A stretch of 64,000 nt of DNA from Eledone cirrhosa. Lineage: Eukaryota. A program made the translations under genes and the position numbers. The stretch spans positions 45,632,001 to 45,696,000 of the forward strand of contig OZ024741.1 of NCBI GenBank assembly GCA_964016885.1, in the 5' to 3' direction. Shown here in pieces: positions 53,879-64,000 of the stretch (position 1 is the stretch's first letter; every line of letters begins with the position of its first letter). The notes beneath the pieces are model-generated. The model was not told the DNA's origin. It saw only the letters and a program-made list of their open reading frames with translations, and ran no database searches.

Positions 53879-54370
53879 GAATTAGTATCCTAGACACATC
53901 TATGTTTGCTATATATAAAATATAAAACAGCGCACATGGCATCCTAGCGAGTCTTACAAACCCACATCACTAAAATTCCGGTTTGTATTTATTTTCTTAA
54001 TTTTTTCTTAAATTGAGACAAGCGAACCTAATTGTCTATAGTTAGTATTCTTTTCACCTTAGCGAATCAGGTCCCTTACAATTGGAACACATATATCTAT
54101 ATATCTGTGTTGGTTTTTCTTTTATATTCTATTATATTATACGGCTCAGAAATATCTCTTTCTTAGAACTATTTTGTTGTAAGAGACTATTTTGAGTCAA
54201 TATATACATTTAATATATTCGGCTCCGTTAATTTGTTGAGCTATTTCAAATGTTGAGTAAACCTGGCTGCTATTTTTAGTGGCGTGGGTTTGTGAGATTC
54301 GCTAGGATGCCATGTGCGCTGTTTTATATTTTATATATAGCATACATAGATGTGTCTAGGATACTAATTC

Positions 54371-54445
54371 ATCACCCACTGATGAGCTTGGATTAGTATT
54401 TCTATTCACAATAAACGTTGCGAAACAACAAGTTGTCTGGGTGAT
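54371..54445 (+). ncRNA. Type I hammerhead ribozyme
   Basis: ATCACCCA-CTGATGA-GC...GC-GAAA-CAAC(AA)GTTG-TC-TGGGTGAT: perfect 8-bp stem I, GUC cleavage after C54437. Confidence 0.88.
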
Positions 54446-54617
54446 TGGTAGTTACCACAATTCCGGTTTGTATTTATTTTCTTAATTCTTTCTTAAATTG
54501 AGACAAGCAAACCCAATTGGCTATAGTTAGTATTCTTTTCACCTTAGCGAATCAGGTCCTTTACGATTTGAACACATATATCTATATAGCTGTGTTCGTT
54601 TCTCTTATATATTCTAT

Positions 54618-54718
<101 letters not shown>

Positions 54719-54825
54719 ATAATAATAAATTTGAAGACTAAATTCCAAAGAGGGCTCGATAAGGATAAATATATATCAAATATATAAGAACCGTAGAGCA
54801 AATATTTATTAAAATAACAGATTAA

Positions 54826-54876
54826 AGTTTAAGCAAAGAATCGCTGCTTTCACCCTTAACGGGATCTTCTGAAACT
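54826..54876 (-). ncRNA. Hammerhead motif with CAGAAGA (U4A) core
   Basis: Minus strand: AGTTT-CAGAAGA-T-CCC(GTTAA)GGG-T-GAAA-GCA(GCGATTCTT)TGC-TT-AAACT. Confidence 0.62.
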
Positions 54877-55859
54877 AACAAAGTCAATCTGTAAACGCAG
54901 AAGTGGATATTTCAAAAAATGTTGCAACCGGAGGAAGACAGGAAGACGATACTTTGGTTCGTGGAAACGTTCCCTGGCAAAGAACGGGAAAAAAACGAAT
55001 ATAATACGTCATTAATAGGAGCGGTGAAAAACAAATACACGCAAAGACAGAACCACGTTTATGGTATAAAAGAAGTCGTAGACTAATGTTCTCTTAGGTG
55101 GTTCATAGAGACGTTCTCTGGCAATGAACGGAAAAAACGAAAATAAAACATCTTATGTGGAGCGCGGAGAACAATTGCACGCAAAGACAAAACCACGTAA
55201 ATGGTATAGCTGAAGTCGTAGACTAAAATTCTAACTAGGGAACCGAATGATTCTCCGCTTCAGAGTTAAGAAAAAAGTAAATAAAATACAATACAGAGGT
55301 AATTGATATTAAATAAATACATACACGCATCCAAATACGTACATACACAAGCATACGCGAAAACACTCGCCATAGGTATACAAACCACGCACGTATAAAT
55401 GTGTGTGTGTGTGTGTGCGTGTATACAAATAAATAAGTAATTAAATAAACGTATATAAATAAATAAATACGTATATAACAAGCGCACACACATACCTACA
55501 TGTAAATACACAAATGTTCGGAGACGTACGTCAACCAAAACATGAAGTACACATATACACACACCCAACATACGTCAGAACCCGCATACTCACACAGACG
55601 CAAAACTCCCGTATACACATAACCAAAAGGATATGTACCAGAATATATAAAAATATACGCCATAAGATATACAATCAAATATACGTACGAGAAAGTATAC
55701 GTAGCTTCACAAAACATACAGGTAATATATACTTACCTATGCAAATAAGTAATGGTATAAACATAACATATACTTAGCTACCACATCAAGACGTAAAATA
55801 TGCACGTATAGATCGTACTATCCGTTAGGTTATAATGTGGGGCTGTAATACAGGAAAGT

Positions 55860-56975
55860 TTTGTGCAATTTGGGTGTGGTTGTCTTTTAGACTCCAGATA
55901 TAAGTGACGTCATATTCCTTCTTGGAGGGTAACGAAAAGAATGGGTATGCATGTAAATACGCTGCTTGAATCTATTGGCGGTTAACCCTATGTAGGCCCT
56001 ACGGGGCGTGGGTGTTTCAACCTTACATTTGTAGACAATGTTACTAGGGAGGCATTTCCCGGATAGGGGGCAATCAACCCGATTCCTACAATTACAGTTA
56101 GTACTAACTACAGGGTTGCACGTGTTCCTACGGCTAGGTAGTTTAGCTAAATTTGAAGCTATGATGTTATGTGAAAGGTTAAGAGTCGTAGAGTAAGAAA
56201 TGTTTATAGTATTTCTATTAACAATTTTACTATATTTATGTGTAGGGGGAAAATGCTTCGTAATAAGGCATAGAAACATCTTAGCTAATGGTGTGGCCAC
56301 CTCCATATTATATGGTGGGTTATACCATATAATGCGACGGGATCTATTTCTTCTAGGTCTATTCTCGTACTCTGTATATGCTACCTTATCGTCAAATCCA
56401 CTCCGAGCAAGAGCTTCAGTGTAATAAGTAGAATGGTCGTTGAAAATATGCTCGTTAGTAGATAGACGGGAAAGCCTCAACGAAACGTTTCTTATCAGGT
56501 TCTTGGTTATGCTGGCAGGATGGTTGGAATGCTTACTTATGTTATTAAGCGTATCATTCGGCTTTCTATACGGGTAATACAAGCCATTCGATAAATTGAG
56601 GGTAACGTCGAGGTAATTAACGACCGAGAGGTTGGCCTCAACCTGTATAGAGAGGTTGAAGCCTTTAAAGAAGGCTGCCAGTTCTTTTCTGAACCTGTCG
56701 CAAGCACGAGGGGCGCACTTAGTCATGGTCAAAAGACCATCATCACGGTACAAACCACCGCCCGCGTTGGGGAATTCGTCCTTGATAGAGAAAAGAAGGA
56801 AAAGGCCTATAAGATCAGTAACCTCCGCAGAATCGCTGGCGCCCATACTCACGTCGAATTGGGTACTATCGGTTTTTTAATCCAAATAGAGTCGTCGAAA
56901 TTAATCACCGACTTACGGGCATTGAGGATGACATCAACTTCAAAATTCTTAACCACTGTGAGTGTTTTAGCGAAC
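55860..56975 (-). pseudogene. Truncated PLE RT + GIY-YIG ORF
   Basis: ILNARKS...(frameshift) MGASDSAEVTDL, GGLYRDDGL, NYLDVTL, WYNPPY, CNCRNRVDCPLSGKC, IVYKC...AYIG. Confidence 0.92.
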
Positions 56976-57139
56976 GTGTAATTGTTTTTCACCGCTCCTA
57001 TTAATGACGTATTATATTCGTTTTTTTCCAGTTCTTTGCCAGGGAACGTTTTCACGAACCAAAGTATCGTCTCCCTGTCTTCCTCCGGTTGCAACGTTTT
57101 TTGAAATATCCACTTCTGCGTTTACAGATTGACTTTGTT

Positions 57140-57190
57140 AGTTTCAGAAGATCCCGTTAAGGGTGAAAGCAGCGATTTTTTGCTCATACT
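57140..57190 (+). ncRNA. Hammerhead motif with CAGAAGA (U4A) core, inverted pLTR copy
   Basis: AGTTT-CAGAAGA-T-CCC(GTTAA)GGG-T-GAAA-GCA...TGC-TC-ATACT. Confidence 0.55.
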
Positions 57191-57206
57191 TTAATCTGTT
57201 ATTTTA

Positions 57207-57314
<108 letters not shown>

Positions 57315-57915
57315 CGTGTGTGGCCTTCCACACAGTTTCATTCTACCAAATGTTCTGAACTCCCAAAGCCAGCGCAACCAGAAGCTATAGTAAGTGACAC
57401 TGGCCCACGTCGACTGATTGCGAAAGCACGTGTTTCAGAAGCTGTTACTGCGCCTATATAAAGTTAAATAGTAATTCATTCTAGGCACATATATGAACAA
57501 CGCTTGTCAATTGCTTCTGCCGTAGCCAGTCACATGCTATGGATGATCCCCAAACTGGAGAGAACTAATGAGTTTTTGTTTTCTGCTTTTCAGTAGTTGT
57601 TACTAAATAGATTATATATTTAAGACCTGTCTTCTTTCTTCAATGTTTAATTATACATTATTTCTACAGTTTCTACTCGGTGGTTATTTTCTTTCTGAAT
57701 GGTATAGTATGTATGAAAATTGTATTATACAGTAAAATCGTGATCTGTCTCTAAATGAATGTTTCCATAATGTCCAGATATTTTAAGATTAAGTATGAAT
57801 ATGCATGATGCTAATCACATGTTCAAACAATACTTTCATGCAATACATGCGTCTTTGTCTCTTTCTCTCAACTCGTCTGTCTGCTCTCTTTTTCTCTGTC
57901 TCTTTCTCACACACA

Positions 57916-57986
<71 letters not shown>

Positions 57987-59994
57987 TCTCTCTCTCTCTC
58001 GTATTCTGTGCGTGTGTTAGTGCATGTGTGGTGATGTCTGTTCAACGTTTGTGTAAATATTTCTATATTTTGCTTCTCCGAATTGTGAAAGCTTTATAAG
58101 ACTGTGATTTAAAGTTTATGACGAAATGAATGTGTTTAACGTGCATACTTTCATTATAAACATTAACACACTTTATTCTGTCTAAGATTTAAATCAATAC
58201 GACAGATTCACATTGTTAACCCTAAAACGGCAGACAGAAAACATATTAATAGTTTATAAATAGGATTAATTTAAGCGTCTTAAACTAAAAACAAAAAACA
58301 CAAAAAAAAATGTTTTTAACAAATTAGTTTTTATTGCTGTGTTCACGTTATTTTGAACGAATGGCAACTCCCGCTCACATTGTACAAGAGAAATCCTTTT
58401 TTTCCTACATGAAATCTTTTGCCAGAATATTTAAAAAGCAGCCAGGTTTGCCTAGCCAACACGAATATGTAAATAATTACAGGCGTGTATTGTTAATGCG
58501 ATGTTGTAATATATATTTCCTCGTGAATGTAGCAAAACGAAGTTAAAACCTCATCTCTAAATGATATTATGAACACTGCATATGATAAGTAAGCGAAATA
58601 AAAGTGCTCCAAAAGGTATCACTATTTATTTATTTATTTATTCATTTATTCATTCATTTATTTAATATGTTCATTTGTCCAGAGTGAAATGAACAGAATT
58701 TCTGCATGTCAATTGAAATTTATTTTGACTAGATACATTGCCGTGTTTTTCTTCCACGTAAAAAAGAAAAGAAATATCGCATTCATAGATTTAATTTTTG
58801 ACTTTCTATATTACTGCACATGATAGGAAGAGAAGAAATTACTGATGAAAAGAAACATTAAAATAATTAAATGTGATGTCCTGTCAAAATATTGTGATGG
58901 TTCCTTATTGAAATTCATTTGCCTCTACTGCTTCATGAAAAGAAAACATTTGAGTGATTTTTATAATATGACAGTTGAGATTGCGTGTAAACGTATTTCG
59001 TTTATATATATATATATTTTTTTTTTTCATTGGTTTAAAAAATTCATTTCTAATATTACTGCTGAAAGAAGCAGAGAAATAGCAAAATAAGGAGAAATTC
59101 TTACAGAATTTATCTCTAATTTCTGAGTTCAGGTTAGAATGGTGCAAAAATTCTAATAAACTTGCATATTGTGTTGATAAAATATTTACTATCATATTAG
59201 TGCTCTAGTCTTGCTGTAAAACTTTTTTTCTGTTGCGAATATGAGATATTAATATTGCATTGAAAGAGGAAACGCTACCTATTTGGATGAGTATGAAATC
59301 TTCCGTTCGATTCTTTGATGCGAAACTTACAATTATTAAGAAGGAATGCAAGGCTCCTGTGTTAGCAAAGAATGCCATATTGCTATTATTTCAAATGGAA
59401 TAGAATTGAATAGACTCTCAGTAGTTTCAAGGATATGTATTCCCTTTGTTCGAACAACGGACCCGCCTGTTCATGAAATTAACGTGCTAGCGGTTGAGGA
59501 TGCCAGAGTCAAGTGCACTCATAACTTAATTCTCAGGGAGATTCATTATGAAACAGTATAACAAGATTGACGCTTCGAATTACAGGGAAAGTCCATCTGA
59601 AATGAATCTAAGTATTTTCTGTCAAACCAATAGCATTCACATGAGTTGGACTAACTCGAGGTTAAGGTAAATTAGTAATGGGCCATGAGGCCACGGGGAT
59701 TAATCCTACCCGAGACGTTATCATTGCGAAACAAACATCTTAACCCTTTGGCCATATTGCGTCCAAATATGAATCTTTAAATTTGCATAATTATACGTCG
59801 GTGGATTGGCAGAATCGGTAGAGAGTTGGACAACATGTTTCGCAGCATAGGGTTAGGCCTTTTATAGTAGAAACAATTATTATCCATTTTGAATGACATA
59901 ACGTACACGTTGAATACCAAACTACATATATTTCTTTAATATGATCGAGACATTAAATATGAAAACTGATCTTCTACGCAGTCTATATATATAT

Positions 59995-60026
<32 letters not shown>

Positions 60027-60117
60027 AAATTATAAATTGAAGAACAGTCAGACAAAATATATCCACACTCATATATGTATCTGTGACTATGTTTAAATAT
60101 ATACATATATATGCTTA

Positions 60118-60168
<51 letters not shown>

Positions 60169-61574
60169 CTTGAGAACACGCTTTTCTCTATCTATGGTTT
60201 GGTAATGATTGAGTTATTCTATGCCCAGCTCTTCCTTTAGACTCAGTGGTCTACCAATGTCCAATAGCATATATCTTTGTTAGCAATGATGCATTGCAAG
60301 TCGGGGGAATACTTAAATTGTTCAATAAAGCAAATCGATCTTAACGGAACAACTTTTCGCAGATTCTTTATATGAAATTGGGTAAATGGATAGTGTAAAC
60401 AATGTCTATACAATCTGGTCGTGATTTCTAATTAATATACGCTGTCTAGTGTATTCATAATTAAATAGCTGAACCAACTGCCATAATAATCTATTCATGT
60501 GGTTCGGATTTTTTTCTTTTTAATGAAGTACACATTTGTAATGTCTATGCACAGATAATAGAATAGACTGTATTCTTTAGAAGTTCCCCTTATATATCTG
60601 TAACTTGTTGAGCCATTTCCACTAAGTGATTGTATAAACATTTGCTTTTAAAATTTAGCCCATATATCCAACAACACAAGCTTTCGCAGCACAATAATCT
60701 TATGTTACTTCAATATATCTATTCTATAGCTACAATTATAGCATCAAAGTCCCTTTGCTTAGCGTATCAATAATTAATTAACTTACATTAGATAGTTGAT
60801 CACTTAGTGGCTAGATGTAGGTATTGTATTAGCATTGATAAACTTCAGTTGGATCACGTATACTGTTTCAACATTGATATGAATATTGCGCTACATGAAT
60901 TATTAAACATCAGAAGTTGACGTTAGTTTTACATTCATTTATATTATGCAGTGTGGAAACCATGCAATTCTACAGGATGTTGCAGTAGTAATATCCTTTG
61001 AAAATTATATATAATTTGTTCTGAATCTAAGCACTAAAGTAAGCCGAATCTTCCGAGTACACCATGTAAACACCTGGTAAACATAGCTTCACAATATAAT
61101 TCACGAATAGTCGAAAGGTTGCTTATATACATATATATTTATTTTTCTGTTTTATATATAAATGATATTTGAATCAAACTCACAGAGTCCGGTTTGTTTT
61201 AATAGATTATATATACAGAATTTACATTATTAAAATGGACATCTATTTAATTTATACCTCAAGTTAACAAAGACTACAGATAAATTGTTAGTAACTGCGT
61301 ACGATGAACTAGATAGAATACGATAACTTCTCTGAAATGAGATTTTGAAAGTCATTTATCATGCGATTTTGAAGCAGTAAACATTTCAAAAAATGATTTA
61401 TATTTTTGTAAAGCGAAATGTAAATTGGTCTAAGTAGGAGGTATCATATACCATATTGGCTGTAAGGAATTATCTTAAAAGAAAAATAAATCTAGCACAG
61501 AACATCATTTAATCGTCAATCTGTTAATCATACTACCACATAATATACATGTAAATTTACATACACGAAGTCTC

Positions 61575-61659
<85 letters not shown>

Positions 61660-61836
61660 TCTCTTCTCTCTCTCTTTCTCTCTCTCTTTCACTGCCATAT
61701 ATATGTGTGTGTGTGTTTGAGTGAGAGAGAAAGGTTAGGTGTGTGTTTATGTGAAAGGATGTGTATGTTTGGGCTAGCGTGTGAGGATGTGTGTGTATGT
61801 GTGTGAGAAAGAGCTTAGGTATATCTTTGTGTGAGG

Positions 61837-61881
<45 letters not shown>

Positions 61882-62370
61882 CGCAGAATGTATGTATAGG
61901 TTAGTATTTTTATTTTACCGTATAATCATACCGAGAGGAGAAGCACAAATTTCAGGATCTAAAAGACTGATGGAACCAAGGAAGAAATTATTCCAACGAT
62001 CCACGACCGTTAACCAGAGTAGGATTTAAACCTTGCGAGGCCGGGGCATTCCAGGTTTGAGGGGTGACTGATACGTACATAATTAGAATACCCATCAAAC
62101 ACTCCAATTTTACATATCAAAGTTAGCTTGGCGCAAGTAATAGGAACCACAAGGTTATACTTACAAGTATTAAATTAAAAAATTGTAACCTAAAACTAAA
62201 ACACCTAGTTAAGGGCACAAATAAATTGCTACGGCCGTCGCTGATGCACCCCCCCCCCAACTGCAGGGAACCTGAGGCAATGTCCACATTAAATCCGGCC
62301 CTGCCCTTAACGGGTACCTGATGTCAACGACCGAAGAGCTAGAAAAACAAAGTGGAACTCGCCAGGATTA

Positions 62371-62448
62371 AAATCTATTCTGAGAGAGTCGGAACAAAGA
62401 AGACAAGGCATTTAATCATCCACTTTAACTTTCTGATATGAATGGGAT

Positions 62449-62514
<66 letters not shown>

Positions 62515-62592
62515 ATCCCATTCATATCAGAAAGTTAAAGTGGATGATTAAATGCCTTGTCTTCTTTGTTCCGACTCTCTCAGAATAGATTT
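62371..62592. repeat. Perfect 83-bp inverted duplication centred on a (TA)n tract
   Basis: 62371-62453 is the exact reverse complement of 62510-62592. Confidence 0.92.
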
Positions 62593-62610
62593 CTTTAATA
62601 TGATCGAGAC

Positions 62611-62678
<68 letters not shown>

Positions 62679-62680
<2 letters not shown>

Positions 62681-62862
62681 AAAAGATTCAGGACCCTGAC
62701 AGCTGCACTCCGGCCGTTTCGACAGCTAGATCTAGCTGTCGAAACGGCCGGAGCGCCGCCGTCGGGGTCCTGCCTCTTTTCCTATTACCCACTCTACTAC
62801 TCTAAGTATTGAGTACTCCGGTTCGTTATGGTCCACCTGGTATCTTACCAAACCCTCTTTGT

Positions 62863-62865
<3 letters not shown>
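62679..62865. mobile_element. Family B-related pLTR end with inverted 5' segment and a 46-bp perfect palindrome
   Basis: ctccggccgtttcgacagctaga|tctagctgtcgaaacggccggag at 62708-62753, followed by the pLTR tail. Confidence 0.8.
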
Positions 62866-62912
<47 letters not shown>

Positions 62913-63111
62913 AATATACATATATAGTCTTGACGCGACGGCTGAGCTCTTGCCCTTTCTTCAACACCTATTTTCAACTTCAGAGTCCGGAACTGGCTGT
63001 TGAGTCCCGTTTATTTTTAATATTAACGTAACCTCCTACCCGAAGTATCGAGTACTCTGTTGAGTAATGCCAATTTAAAACAGAATCCATCCTCATATAT
63101 ATATATATATA

Positions 63112-64000
63112 TTGGGTGTGGATGGTATTTAAGAACAGATTTATGGTTTAAAAAACGCTTATATAATAAGAGAAAAGAACTGTATTCTTACAAAAGTCAC
63201 ATAAACATAAAGTCAAACTATCATTTTAATAATTTCATCCAATAAAACCACCATAAGCATCAATAACTACCTCTACGCGTGGTTGATATTGTTTACAAGC
63301 TCGGATTAAGTGGTCCTTGTTCATAGCGGAAAGACTCGAACTTTGCGGCTTTCACAAAATCTTTTGTGCTAGGAGGGTGTTCATTGAAATATTTCTCGAC
63401 GATGCTCCATATATAGTAGTCCAGTGGATTGAGATCTGGAGAATTAGGCCAAATGTTGGCGGTGATGTGATCATGCAATTTTACGGCCAATCATTCTTGT
63501 ATCATTTGAGTCGTGTGTGATGGTGCAGAATCTTGTTGAAAGACATAAGGCTTTTCATTGCATACACTGTTGACCCAAGGCTTAACAACTTTATCTAGAA
63601 CCTCAAATACATAGCAGCATTTACCTTAAGGCCTTATGGGAAAAAGTGAGGAGGATCACATATCCTTCATTGTTAACAACACCCAAAACCATAGCACTTG
63701 CAGGAAATGTTGTGTGCATTACTCTTGGAACCTCAGAAGAGTCTGCACATAGTCACCTACATTTCTTCTGTTAGTTATTTGGTCCTGATCAAAGTTTTTC
63801 TCATATGAGAAAAACCAAATCACATCATCTTCTGATGGATTTTTAAGTGTGTTCAAAAGTCTTTTGGATCTGATTAAACGGTTTTCTTTTGTTTTTTTTC
63901 TGATATGAATTGACCTCTCCTCACACCGTAAGATTTGTATGAACATTTTTTGCAATTGACTTCATTGATTTTCTTCGATTGTCATCAATGTTTGCTTAAC
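63112..64000 (-). mobile_element. Decayed Tc1/mariner-superfamily transposon (maT/DD37D-like), running off the window end
   Basis: Minus strand: WFFSYEKNFDQDQ, FQQDSAPSHT, IWPNSPDLNPLDYYIWS, with frameshifts; ends at TA. Confidence 0.82.

Noticed and set aside
57450-62300. Host gene exons in the repeat-poor stretch
   Set aside because: No ORF with recognisable protein features. Short spliced exons cannot be excluded without RNA-seq.

Overview
AT-rich eukaryotic DNA with no convincing host exon. The microsatellite load and SINE types suggest an invertebrate, probably a cephalopod mollusc (inference). The window is dominated by Penelope-like retroelements (PLEs) and their derivatives inserted at (TA)n microsatellites. 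One young, intact PLE encodes a 737-aa RT + C-terminal GIY-YIG protein (36826-39039) and has pseudo-LTRs plus an inverted 5' segment; four truncated PLEs are also present. By manual folding I find about 30 type I hammerhead ribozyme (HHR) motifs from about 14 unrelated sequence families. The most striking feature is a non-coding tandem array (about 22.4-26.8 kb) of eight 466-516 bp monomers. Each monomer carries one minimal HHR and a variable (TA)n tract, and the array has a 4-monomer higher-order structure of intact and disrupted ribozymes. It is a candidate non-LTR retrozyme (circRNA-producing) locus. Four more non-coding, head-to-tail HHR monomer families (about 315-545 bp) suggest several small ribozyme-bearing parasites mobilised by (TA)n-targeting PLEs. 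Also present: tRNA-derived SINEs, two decayed Tc1/mariner elements, a non-autonomous Helitron and a TSD-flanked truncated U2 snRNA retrocopy. All structures and family assignments were made by eye; no searches were run.
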